Shown one piece after another: positions 24,800 through 38,329 of a DNA stretch of 64,000 nucleotides (position 1 is the stretch's first letter; each line of letters begins with the position of its first letter). The notes beneath the pieces were generated by a model. It saw only the letters and a list, made by a program, of their open reading frames with translations. It was not told the DNA's origin and did no database searches. Origin of the DNA: Bugula neritina (taxonomy: Eukaryota; Animalia; Bryozoa); contig OZ037768.1 in NCBI GenBank assembly GCA_964035545.1, positions 23,841,319-23,905,318 of the forward strand, in the 5' to 3' direction. Both the position numbers and the translations under genes were made by a program.

Positions 24800-26359
24800 T
24801 AGCTGTTTTGAGATTTATATAACCTAATTAGTATTACTGACATTGTTATCAATTTTCCAAACAAATTTAGGTTTGCCCTCTCTATATTGATGCCAAGGGC
24901 TAAAAGTAGCAGTTCTGAGGTGTTCCTCTTGTGTAGGTGAAGTAAGGAGTGGAGTGAAGAGGGTTAGTAAAAGAGAAAGATTCAAATATTTATGTGAATA
25001 GTTAAGTAAAACATGTTTTTAAAAAACCTTTTATAGAGACTACGGGTATTTATTTTCTTAAAATTTAACTTTTCATTGATAAATGCTAATTTTTTACATC
25101 AAGTAGAAATTTAGTAAAATCTTATTAGAGTGCAAACTTTTACGAATCAAATATTAAAGAAAAACCATATAATTCTGGTTAAGAAAATTTCAAGAAAAAA
25201 TTGTTTTGTAAAGAAATTTCACAAACTATGTGTTGTGAAATTATAATGGATACAAGTATTGTTGATTATTACTTGTCCACTAAGATAAAGGGGTTCAAGA
25301 AATAAACTGCTGCGTTAGAAAGGACAACTCCTGCTGTTTGAATCGCTTGAGTTATTGTCAATGATTGGCTATAATTATTATATATAAATCTTTACTGTTA
25401 CATGATTTGAAAATTTATTTGCCAATTGTATAAAAACAGAAATGCAAGTTTATAGGTTAAGATTATTGATTCCAATTTACTGTCTAATGCTGGTGACATG
25501 GAAACATATTTTGTGCTTTTGTAAATATTTTTATTTATGTTGAAGTCAGCTATGTTGTATTATTAACTAGCTAGCAGCAAGTTTCTATGTAGCATTATAA
25601 GATAAAACATGCAGTTATATGCAAGAGGGAAGTTTTAAAGTCTAGACTCTCTAGAGCATGATGTATATTTGTTGCATTCCACTGGTAAGTTTGATATTGA
25701 ATAGCACATTGGTGGCCATTAATAATGTCTGATTACAGTTTTAAGCAAATAATATATTAAAGTAGAACACAACTAATACTAACAGTTGACAAGCGTAATA
25801 GTCAACAGCTGGAAACTGGAAAACTTCTAATATCTCATCAATAAGATAAATTGAAAAAATGTGATCAGATAATCAATATTTACATACATTGATACACAGA
25901 TAGCATTATATTGGCATATTAATGTTCATGTAGTAAGATTTTTGTAATATAATAATATACAGATAATACAAAAACAATTTATTATAACATGCTTATACTA
26001 CATAATGGTAAAAATGACTGAAAAATCGGGAACTTTACTGCAACATATAGAGTTGCAGTATTCAAGTATAAACAGTGAACTATGAAATTAAGTATAAAAT
26101 CTAAATACTAAAATACCAGGTAATAAAATAAGAATATAGTCAATCATACTGGCCACAGCAGTCTACTCTGATAGGACAAAAATAGCTGTCAAAGCTGCCA
26201 TATCAAACCTCATGAGCTTAATATTTATTTGGAAAGTGTCCCATTTGGGAATAGAGCCTCTGACGTCGCCAAGAGAATGCTTTTTATGCAAGCACTTGCT
26301 GGACTCAGCCTTGACTACAACTGACACTTGTGACACTGTATGACAGCTTGTGCATGTGA

Positions 26360-26482
26360 TATCAACTAGATGGCAGGTGATGTCAACTAGATGGCAGGTG
26401 ATGTCAACTAGATGGCAGGTGATGTCAACTATATGGCAGGTGATGTCAACTAGATGGCAGGTGATATCAACTAGATGGCAGG
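26360..26482. repeat. 21-bp minisatellite, ~6 copies, in the presumed Mondo 3' UTR
   Basis: Unit TCAACTAGATGGCAGGTGATG. Confidence 0.9.
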
Positions 26483-26571
26483 TGGAGTAAGGTGCTTGCT
26501 ACATGACAGTCAGTTGCTCGGATATATCACAAACATTCACACTATTTCCAGAGTCTGCTTCTTACACCAAC

Positions 26572-29500
26572 TCAGGACGGCGGGAGGGAGTTGCTGGCAC
26601 CTGACGCTGCAGGCGATGCAAGACTAGTCGGCGATACAGCGCCTCGAGCTTCTTCTGGAAATCTCTCGGGCTCGGAGAGAATGGACGTCTCCTTGCATAT
26701 GGTTCGGAGAGAATTTAGGACAGCTGAAGAAAAATATAGTGAGCATAACTTCAAAGTATAAACACAATAAGAACCATTGTGCACATGAAGAGAATTGAAC
26801 TCAAAATACTCAACATTTGCTTTTGAATGACAAATTGCAGACCACCCACTAAGCACACATCTTAATGTAAATATCTTCAGTTAAATGAAGTATTTAAGAA
26901 TTATCTGCCCACCTGTGCGTAGTGCGGGTAAAGTGCAGTGATGGTCGAGCCACGCGTGCGTAGTCCTGTACAACTCATCGGTGCCGGCTGTAGACACCAC
27001 TGAATTGAATGATTCAAATAGGGGCGTAGCCAGCTTGCTAAAGATATAGAACTTCCAGTTTTGAGTTGTCCTCTCCTGAATGTACGCCCTCAGCATCTGC
27101 TGCATCTGCTCATTGTTCTGACCCGTGATCGGCACACCGGTGGCAGGAAGTTGCTGCTGACATGACCTAATTAACAGACAGTTGACCTACATAGCAGCGT
27201 AATGAGTTAACAAACCACACTGTAGAATAAATACCGTGAGATACAGAGTTGTCCTCTACTTACACTGAGCCACACTCACCCTATGGCAGCGTTGAGAGCC
27301 TCGATCTCCTTTTGGAGCAGATCTGACTCCGTCTGCATTTCCTGTCTCTCCGTCTTCAACTTCTGCGCAAACTCGGCAGTCTTATTCAACATGGCCGCCT
27401 TGCTGATCTACAAATAACCAGGTGACACGTCAGCTGCAGACAGTTTAGCAGACTGTATGAGGGGGTGGGACATGGCCAGTGGTGGAGTAAAAACCTATCT
27501 TAGTAGTGGGGGGGGGGTGGCCAGTGGTGGAGTAAAAACCTACCTTAGTGGTGGGGTTGTTAGCCAGGGCCGGAACTATCACTTGCAGAGTCTCGAACCC
27601 GTTCTTCATATGCCCCCTTCTCTTCTGTTCTGCTGGTGACACAGCAGCTGTACCAACAGCGGACAACTCTTTCTTCTCGGAAACCTTCGGCAGCTGGAAT
27701 ACCTAACATGGGAAGACAATTTCTGTAACAGAATTCCACTCTATCATTCTATAAGCCGCCATATTTCCAGTAAAATCAAATCATTTATACTGAAATTTTT
27801 TTATTTGTTGCTCTATTTCAGAAAATAAGCAAATGAAACAACTCAGAGAATAGCAATAGTAGAGCAAATCTAAAACAATGTAACCACATCTTTTTGAATA
27901 CAATTTTTTACCAACAAAACTATATTGGTATATAATATTATTTCCTTCCATGGCATTAGTTCAATACAATGTATTTTTATAATTAGGAGTTGCAACATCC
28001 TGCAGACGTTAGTCTAATGAGCAGAAAACTCTTTAAAATAATTATTTTCCATTTTAGTGTTGATATTGATTTTGAGTAGTTTTAGACATCTACAGCAGAT
28101 GAACAATGTTAATATTGAAATTATATTGAAGTAGTCTTAGACCATTTTAGTGGCAGATTTTAAGAACGCTCAACGAATATGCCGATAACTAACAGATAAA
28201 TTATTAGCAAGGAATATATAATTCACACTGGGGAGAGGGCAGGTAGATATGTGAATATCTTATCACAAGTCTTTACCTCATCAGCTGTGCTCCTGCCTAC
28301 TTCTTTATCTTTGCCAGGCCCTGTAACACAAGCAGTAATTAGTCATGTTTGTTGTGCGTAGTTACGTAATCATTGTGCCGACGATCAGCCAAACCGCGAT
28401 GTTTGACTTCTATAAATACTATAATCCCAGTAACCGTAGTCTAGTCATACAAAGAATGTGTCTGTTCACGCCTTCAGCGCGTGATCTAACAATAGCATCT
28501 AATTGGCCGAACAAGCAACTAGTCCCGCCCACATCTACATACCGCAATATTATTGGCTATTAGATCAAGAAAGCCAACACAAAGCCTTTATAAGCTGTGA
28601 CGAGCGTGAAACGTATCTTTACATCAGTTGTGGGTCAGGATGACAGACGCTGTTGAAATTCAGTCAATTTAACGACTATTTTTCTACACCAAAGTATACA
28701 AATTTATGCTTATTACTACTTGCACATTGTTGAAAAAATATTTATTTAGGAAAAAAAGTTTTAAAACTTACCAGTTGGTGTTAGCTGAGAAATGGCAGTC
28801 AGTGCAGCCTGTTTGTTGCCTGAAATGGCCACCAAGTCTGGTACCATTGTCTGAAAGAAACACAAGTGACTCATATTATACTCGTAAGGAGTCACTCTCT
28901 TCTCTCCGTACGAACTACTACTTGTAGGTGGAACTAGACACTGTACACGCAGCATGGCTAGCTGAATATGGCCACTTCTAGTTCAACTCATCAATATTAT
29001 GAGCATGCTGAAAGATGATTGGACGAGGCTACGTGCCTACTGTGTAGACCTATACACATCGGCTAAATAAAGAACATAGCGTGTTGAACCCGTAACGAGC
29101 CGTATAGCTGGGAGACTAGTTAATTGTTCCTAATGGAGAGGAAGGCCAGTGACCATTGGTTATGTAAACACTAGTCTAATGGCCACAACGTGATGACCAC
29201 ACAAACAGACTACTGCGTATAAAAGTTGAACCAGAATAATCTACAGCCACGCAGGCAATAACTATAAAGCAATGTCAATGTATCCCATAAACCCTCCCCT
29301 AGCTTTGTCTGTGACCAGACACGTTCACAGTAGATTTATCATTTTGATGCACATAATATTCTAACAGCATATCTCTTGGTGTTGCCTGTTTTTATTGAAA
29401 CCTAAAGGCCTTCGCCCACATCCAGTTGTTAAACACCAGTTCTAGTGAAACTGTTTAGCATAAGAATGGCCAGAATTCACATTCCAAACAGATGCTACAC

Positions 29501-32500
29501 CAAACTAAACATAACCTCTGAAACTGTATCACCATCAGTGAACACACAGCACTACGTGGTACAGAGGTGCAGACTATCATAAAAGTTGCATTTGTTGATG
29601 TCTGCCAAAAATCTAATTGATAGAGGGGGGGGGGGGGGGGCACAAGTTGGACCCAGTTGTGAGGCACATACATACAACTGATAACAGAATAAAATAAAAC
29701 ACATTCATAACTGTCACGTGTAAAAACTGACTCTTGAGGGTTTTCCTTATAAAGTTTTCAACAAGTTCAATATGAAAGGGAGACAGCTATAACTAAGACT
29801 TCAGTTACCACGACAACAATGATGATTTGTTGTGTGCAATTCTAGTGATAAACATAAGTTACTACTCACTAGCCACTAGTATAGTTACTAGTTACAAGAG
29901 TAAGCCACTAGAGTAAGTTACTAGAAGAGTAAGTCATGTGATTTATTGGTCAACTATCTAACACTCACCAACTAGTTACATGTTAAGTCATGATAAATAT
30001 CAGTTAGTAGTTAGTATTGCCCTGTACTAATAGCTCTGTGGTAGTCTACACACTGTCTCCAATAATATCTTCACATAACACTTAACTAGTCTTTACTCCA
30101 CTGGTGTAAGTTGGCCAGGAAAAGGCTAGTGCTGAGCAGATATTGGTAATACCAAACATACTGCTACTCTGTACCATATGCCGTGCAAATATTCCATATC
30201 CTGTTGCATATTTTATCCACCAGAAAGTTGGCAATTGGTCAGGAAAAGTAAAGCTGGTTGGTTTTGTTAAGATACAGTTCAAAGTTCACTGTGCATGAGA
30301 TAGCTGTGTGATCACAATGTAATGTTATACACCGGCTTTCCATGGATCGATCTCAGCTCGATCTCACTGAGATCGATCTGAGACATGTACTCAGATCGAT
30401 CGTTTTTCCATGAGTGTCAGATCGATCTCTCGGAGTTGCCTCCTCTTAAGTGAAGAGTACTTCAATAGTATAATTTTTTCACCCACCTGAGTGATAAAAG
30501 CTACTGCTGTTGAAAAACAAAATTTCCATAGTCTAAAATTTAACGCCAGCTATAAACTCTGCGCAGTAAAGCTTTTAATATGAAGTAATTTGGCCAATTT
30601 CAGATAATTAATTTTAATATTTTAGCTTGACAGCTTATACAAAATTAATAGCTGTTGTGCAGATTATTCATCAACTTACGGGACTATTAGGCTTAAAATT
30701 ACGCAGCAAACAACTAATGAAAGTAAGTTTTACTAGTAACTTAAATTCAATTTAAATGCTCCCACTTTTTCTATCTTCTACCATCTATAATTTTATATAA
30801 TTTAGTTTTTTTAATCATAGTACTGAAAGTCAAAGTTTTGGCATCTAAAAATGTGGCAAATTACTAAAATTATTAAGTAATTTGCTTAGTAATTAACAAT
30901 AAGTTATCATTTTTATTAGCGGACGACATTTTAGCGAACAATCTTTTTCTACTTCTCAGATCGATCTTTCGTCTTTCCATGGTTTTATTGCCTTGAGATC
31001 GATCTGAGTTCGAGATCTACAGACAGACCAGCTCAGAACGACTGAGATCGATCTTTGACGTCTTTCCATGGATCAATCTTGGCGAGATCGATCCATGGAA
31101 AGCCGGTGATACAGTAGTAGGTATATTAGTTATACAGTAGTAGGTATATTAGTTATACAGTAGTAGGTATATTAGTTATACAGTAGTAGGTATACTAGTT
31201 GTACAATAGTAGGTATATTAGTTGTACAGTAGTAGGTATATTAGTTGTACAGTAGTAGGTATAGTTAACCAGTAGTAGGCATATTAGTTATCTCACCTTG
31301 ACCTTAGAGACCTTGACAGGATTAGCAGGTAGGGGGACTTTAGGAGAGAGGGTGGGCAGGTGCCGGGACTTCTGGGAAGTCAGCAGTTGGGTGAGGTATG
31401 GAGATGGCATCACTTTTGGAGCGATAGTTCGGGGTTTTCTGATCGAAGTCTAAAAATGAGAGAAATTACTAATGAGTTCCACACCACACATTTCAGTTCC
31501 CAGGCCACTGCTAGCACCTAAGGCTATTCACTGACCACCCTGTTTGAAGGGTTGGAACAAAAAGAAGTTCAACTAAGGAACCAAAGCTAATAGCTTCGGT
31601 TATGATTTTAGCCTGAAATTCAGCCAGAACCTTCTCAGTGTTCACTACTTTATTCTGTTACAAAAAGGTGCCAAATTTGTTTCAACTTCGAAATTGCCTC
31701 TTTTAGAGAAAAGGTAAAAAGTGCAAGAAATGGTGGATTCTGTTAGAAAAATGAGGTACAAGAGAGAGTTTAAAAGGTGGAGAACACTAATTAGTATTCC
31801 ATCTCTCCAACAAAGGCAATGGGAAGATAACTCCTGGAACAAACTCAAGCCAAATATGCTATTATTAACCGCTATATGATGTGTACAGCCATGAGAAGAT
31901 AAATCTGACAACACAGCCTACTCCTACTATTAGCTGTACACACAGTAGCTAATAGTGGCCGTAGAGAAAGATGCAACTACTTGTACTCCAACTAATATTG
32001 AGTGAGGAGAGAAATGGGAATAATAGTTGACATGTTACACTCAGTAGTCTACAACTTGTAGAGTTCAAAGTTTATAATAAACATGCTATACTATAAATAA
32101 TTCAGGTATGTGAAATAGAGAGGGTGTGAGTTATGACTGAATTGAAGAGTAACTCTACTCAAAGCAGCTGATGAAGGATTAGTGGAAAAACACCAGAGTA
32201 CTGAGTGACTGCTGACACAAGGCTGTGTATTACCATGTGAAAAAATGTGAAGACAATGATGTGAAAAAAATGCAGTATATGTGAAGACAGTGATATGTGA
32301 AGACAATGTTATGTGAAGGGAACCAGACTGACATATAGTAGACATAACACATGCTCTGTTATATACTATTATATTATTCATCTAATACACAACAGCTGGA
32401 TTGCAGCGACTCATGTGAAAATGATAAGATGCCATTTCCTGTTTGCTAGTCAACCATATCAACAGGAAACTGTATTTTAACATTTCCTGTCAGACACAAC

Positions 32501-35500
32501 AGCCATAATATACTAAATAGATTAGTCTAGAGAGCACAAATCCAGCACCTTAGAGTTTAGAGCATACAGACTAGAGAGAGGATAAATCTGATATTGTAGA
32601 GCATACAGACTAGCAGCAGTTACCTTAATATACTGAGGGGACTGTTTGCTGCTGCTAATGTTTTGAGGAGCAGCTGCCAGAGGTAGTGTGGTGGTCGGAG
32701 TTACTGTTGCTGATGGAGAGACAGATGCTGTCTGAGGCAGCGTTGGTGGAGGCATGAGTACAGTAGTGGAGCTGTTGTGCCATCCTGACTGTAGCTGGTT
32801 AGTAGACTGAGTCGTCTGCCCTTGATCAGCCAGGGTATCCAGGATGAGAGAGTAGGCGGAGTCAGACAGGGACTGGGTGTGGCTGGGCAGCGTGGAGTAG
32901 GCGGCAGCGTGGGTTGCTGGCGAGTGAGTCAGCTGTGGCGCTGCAAAGGGGAAGTTAGCGGAGTACTGGAAACTGTTAGACTGAGAACCAGTAAACAGAG
33001 GGGGGCTGGAACCCTGCGGTGTGACTACAACACAAAGGACACAACTCCTTATATACAAAACTGTGAATGTAGCAAGAGAAGACAACATTCAATACATACA
33101 AGATAGAGAAATTTTACTGGTTCAAGCAACAAGTAAAAGAAGTACTACTGGATGACTCCCCTCCCAAATGATTACAGACTAACATGAATCCCTAGCCAAC
33201 CACGCTACACTTAGAAAAGCTTCTTCTGCTACCACAGGAAGTAGTAGAACATAATCTAGCACTCACCGGGAATGTGATCAAACACAGCCAGGTTATTCAG
33301 TGATCCTCCAATATGTTGGGGCTGCTGCGTAGACGTCCCAAACCCAAATGCATCATTGAAGAGATCTGAAACAGAGGCTAGAGTCTAAACCACAGAACTA
33401 GTCATGTTGACTCGGCAGCAGAGGTGCTGTCAGCAAATAAAACAAAAATAGCAAATGTGATCTTTGACTGACCTTGAAACGGCTCCATGGTGTCCATGTT
33501 GACAAACTCGTCCAGAGTTGGCTGCAAGCCAACCAGATTCGGCTGAATAATGTCGGCATTGGAAAAGCCATCTGAAAAATACATCCGGGTGTTTACAAGC
33601 AGAAATCTACTCATGTGTGAACAACAAGGTAGGATAATTCCAAATACACACCACAGATAGCACAACATCTGCATACTGATAACAATAGCTGCAGATATAA
33701 CCTGAGATCATCAGAGATTAGGTTTCACAAACTTTTTTTTGCTAACACATCACATATTTTGGGTGTAATTTCTTAGATTTTAATACAGAAAACCTACATT
33801 GCTTTAAAAGGTATATGGTCACATGGTATATAGTCACATGGTATATAGTCACAAGGTATATAGTCACAAGGTATATGGTCACATGGTATATAGTCACAAG
33901 ATATTACAAGGTATATAGTTACAAGGTCACGAACTCACAGTAAAGGTCATCTTTAATATGCGGAGACTGATTGGTCTGGGAGAGAGAAGCGAAGAAAGCG
34001 TCCGAGAAGTCCATCACATTGTCCCCAACCTCAGAGGCGATGTGTGGCTGGTTAGTAGCCTGAGCGACATTGATACTCTGAGTCAGGGTGTGGGAGTCGG
34101 TGTCGGCCACCCTATCCAACAGCTCTTGAATCTGAAACCCACAGCTATACACTGAAGGAGATGGAGACTACGTGGAGAGGACAACTTTTACATATACTAA
34201 ATTAATAATTTTTATTTATATTTAATCACTTAAATATCCAAATATTGTGTATAATTGATAATATTATTTTGCTGCCAATACCGATGCGGTTGAAACTAAA
34301 CAAAAATAAAACACTATTTTAAAGCATTCAACGAAAACATTGAATTGAAAATCAATAAACCCGAAATGCTACAAAATCAAGGTGACACAACTCTAGAAAA
34401 ACTGTGCGTCAAAAATTGTAGAACATCCGATTAGATAAAGTGTCACACTAGTTATATGCAATGACTTCTAGAGTAGCACTCATGACAGATGTGTTTCATG
34501 CAGATTACAACTCAAAGAGCTTGAACACTATATACAAGTGCAACTAGGGACACAAACAAACCGTGTGAAGTAAACCAAACACGGCAAAACATATTAGCGT
34601 TTGAAAACCACTCAAACTTCTTATCAGCTGGCAGGTGAGAGGTCAAACTATTTGAAGTTATCTTTACCTGCTGAGTGTCGGAACCCGGGCTAACCCCCTA
34701 AATGAGTTGCATTACAGTTACATGATGAGTCAAAGAAAGTTCTGATAAAGCGAATGGTTGTATGAAAATCATAAAACCCGATTGATTTCTTCTTAAAAAT
34801 CATCCTGACGGTTTTCTAGAAAATATGGAATAAGTATTTTCCAAAATCTGGAGTTGCCCACCCAACGAGTAAACTGTGAACTAATAACATTCTTACCCCC
34901 ATTTTTTCTTTCCTCTTTGGCATGAGTTTTTTCTTGTAGAAGATTCGCCATTTTTGATATTCGACGCAGACAATGTCCAACTTCCTCTTCCAGTACTTGC
35001 CTTCGAGGACTACCGCCTGAAGGACAACGCAGGGGGTTATAGTATAGAGTAGAACACAGGCTATGTATAGCAACTGAGTTGTGTAGCCTTAGAGACAACG
35101 ATCAGACATACCTGAGGCTCTCTGTGGGTATCGTCCATGTGTATAGTAAAACTACAGACAGCTGGCTTGTGTTTCTGTACAACTGGAATATAATAATATA
35201 CCGTATAATATACTACTATATACTGTATAATATACTACTATATACTGTATAATATACTACTATATACCGTATAATATACTACTATATACCGTATAATATA
35301 CTACTATATACTGTATAATATACTACTATATACCGTATAATATACTACTATATACCGTATAATATACTACTATATACCGTATAATATACTACTATATACT
35401 GTATAATATACTACTATATACCGTATAATATACTACTATATACCGTATAATATACTACTATATACCGTATAATATACTACTATATACCGTATAATATACT

Positions 35501-38329
35501 ACTATATACCGTATAATATACTACTATATACCGTATAATATACTACTATATACCGTATAATATACTACTATATACCGTATAATATACTACTATATACCGT
35601 ATAATATACTACTATATACCGTATAATATACTACTATATACCGTATAATATACTACTATATACTGTATAATATACTACTATATACCGTATAATATACTAC
35701 TATATACCGTATAATATACTACTATATACCGTATAATATACTACTATATACCGTATAATATACTACTATATACCGTATAATATACTACTATATACCGTAT
35801 AATATACTACTATATACCGTATAATATACTACTATATACCGTATAATATACTACTATATACCGTATAATATACTACTATATACCGTATAATATACTACTA
35901 TATACCGTATAATATACTACTATATACCGTATAATATACTACTATATACCGTATAATATACTACTATATACTGTATAATATACTACTATATACCGTATAA
36001 TATACTACTATATACCGTATAATATACTACTATATACCGTATAATATACTACTATATACCGTATAATATACTACTATATACCGTATAATATACTACTATA
36101 TACCGTATAATATACTACTATATACCGTATAATATACTACTATATACCGTATAATATACTACTATATACCGTATAATATACTACTATATACCGTATAATA
36201 TACTACTATATACCGTATAATATACTACTATATACTGTATAATATACTACTATATACCGTATAATATACTACTATATACCGTATAATATACTACTATATA
36301 CCGTATAATATACTACTATATACTGTATAATATACTACTATATACTGTATAATATACTACTATATACTGTATAATATACTACTATATACCGTATAATATA
36401 CTACTATATACTGTATAATATACTACTATATACTGTATAATATACTACTATATACCGTATAATATACTACTATATACTGTATAATATACTACTATATACT
36501 GTATAATATACTACTATATAGAGTGAATCATAGGTTAAAGTGTTTTACTGCTTTAGCCATGTTTGCTTGAACTATAAGCAACGAACTTAGCCTTGACCTA
36601 GCTAAAGAGGAAATAGGTCAACTACTGGTGGCAAGAGAAGATAACTTTACAGCACATACAATGCTATATATACACAGACTTACACTGCTATATTTACACA
36701 GACTTACACTGCTATGTATACACAGATTTACACTGCTATATATACACAGACTTACACTGCTATATATACACAGACTTACAATGCTATATATACACAGACT
36801 TACACTGCTATATATACAGAGACTTACACTGCTATATATACACAGACTTACACTGCTATGTATACACAGACTTACACTGCTATATATACACAGACTTACA
36901 CTGCTATATATACACAGACTTACACTGCTATATATACACAGACTTACACTGCTATATATACACAGACTTACACTGCTATATATACACAGACTTACACTGC
37001 TATATATACACAGACTTACACTGCTATATATACACAGACTTACACAGCTATATATACACAGACTTACACTGCTATATATACACAGACTTACACTGCTATA
37101 TATACACAGACTTACACTGCTATATATACACAGACTTACACTGCTATATATACACAGACTTACGCTGCTATATATACACAGACTTACACTGCTATATATA
37201 CACAGACTTACACTGCAGGTGCCATTCCCTCCATATGATATTATTCAGTCTCATCTTATCCCACACGTTGATCTTCAACCCTTTGAAAGCTTTGAACTTG
37301 GGAGTTGTCAACTTTCCACTGTAAAAGGAAATCATGTTTCCCAAGGGGAACATTAAACTAAGGGGAAATCAGTTCACAAGTCATAAGATTAGCAAAGATT
37401 TGAGTAAAAGTTGGCTTCAATACAGTTGCAGGGCCACCTATGTGATTTTCATTCCCAATTCTTTCCCATTTAATAACCCACAATCACTTATTCAATAAAA
37501 ACTGATTAATTACAATTCATACAACAGGAAAAGTTTAGAAAAACATGATTCCAATTAATAAAGATTAATTGTTCTTAAAAACAGAGAAGTGAAATGGTTG
37601 TGAGGCTGAGTCCAGAGAAGTGGTAGAATATATAGAATATAGAAGGTCAAAGCTTAGCAGATGCGCACATGTTCTACTTGACTGGTGTGAATTAAATTTA
37701 GACAAACACATTCTTAACATGTGAACTTGTAGCAGTGATGAGGAACCCTAGTCTTGTGTTACTACATAACTGTTCTACTATAATACAATATATTGTATTG
37801 CAAAGCTATTATTATCACCCAATACTACTTGTCACATATCATTTCTTAGAAATTGCAGTAATATTATACTAGTATATGATATTAGTACATTATATTATGG
37901 CTCTTACTTGTATGCCAGTGACATGCAGGCGAACAACTTGCTCAGTGAGTCATCAAAGTCCTTGAAATAAGCCTTATTACCCCGAGAGTCGAATCTGTAG
38001 GTATCGCGGGGCGTCTTACATGCGTCCTCAAAGTTGTACCCTTTCTTGGGATAGTTCTTGTGCATTAAAGTAGAGACCGCCTCAGCCGGGTCGGGCCCCT
38101 CGACGCCCAAACCCCGCCCTAAACCGTCAACGTAATCATCGTCGTCCTCTAGATTGCTCGTCATGAAATGGCCACTGTGTGGCGATGTAACAGTCGACAG
38201 CGATGCTCGCTGACTCTGCAGCTTGGCTGCCGGTAGAACATCATTTCTGCTGCCATTCTTAACCTTGTCAGTGACCTTTGATGATAGTCTGTAATACTGG
38301 CCTACGTTTGGTGGAGATTCCATGCTCAT
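26572..38329 (-). CDS. MLXIP: Mondo family bHLH-Zip transcription factor (MondoA/ChREBP, MLX-interacting protein) ortholog, ~16 coding exons
   Basis: Exons 38329-37908, 37318-37212, 35182-35112, 35016-34897, 34697-34668, 34131-33939, 33571-33473, 33365-33267, 33024-32624, 31449-31297, 28850-28772, 28320-28277, 27702-27544, 27407-27280, 27166-26913, 26723-26572. Mondo conserved regions: HSGHFMTS, SLSKLFACMSLAY, GKLTTPKFKAFKGLK, RLNNIIWREWHLQF, VLEGKYWKR, NADIIQPNLVGLQPTLDEF; bHLH-Zip AEQKRR..KNGFETL..ISKAAML; C-terminal QQLPATGVP, RTTQNWKFYIFS, WLDHHCTLPALR. Exons in the low-complexity middle are less certain. Confidence 0.93.
30330..31108. mobile_element. Non-autonomous DNA transposon (CACTA/CMC-like), copy 1, ~779 bp, in a Mondo intron
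   Basis: TIR CACCGGCTTTCCATGGATCGATCTC ... GAGATCGATCCATGGAAAGCCGGTG; flanked by 3-bp direct repeat ATA; many subterminal GATCGATCT repeats; two more copies at 51294-52851; no transposase ORF. Confidence 0.9.
31109..31290. repeat. 23-bp minisatellite, ~8 copies, between CACTA copy 1 and a Mondo donor
   Basis: Unit ATACAGTAGTAGGTATATTAGTT. Confidence 0.9.
33810..33925. repeat. 16-bp minisatellite (Mondo intron)
   Basis: Unit GGTATATAGTCACA(T/A)-type repeat. Confidence 0.85.
35190..36520. repeat. 22-bp minisatellite, ~60 near-identical copies (Mondo intron 2)
   Basis: Unit TATACTACTATATACYGTATAA. Confidence 0.98.
36650..37216. repeat. 24-bp minisatellite, ~23 copies, nearly all containing the Mondo exon 2 donor
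   Basis: Unit CACAGACTTACACTGCTATATATA; the minus strand contains GCAGT|GTAAGT. Confidence 0.98.

Noticed and set aside
28851-28961. 5' extension of a Mondo exon as suggested by ORF 28761-28955
   Set aside because: A much stronger acceptor (tgtttctttcag) at 28851 preserves the frame; the longer form cannot be excluded but is unsupported.
35190-37216. Regular 20-42 bp repeats resembling CRISPR arrays
   Set aside because: Head-to-tail units without unique spacers, no cas genes, eukaryotic intronic context.
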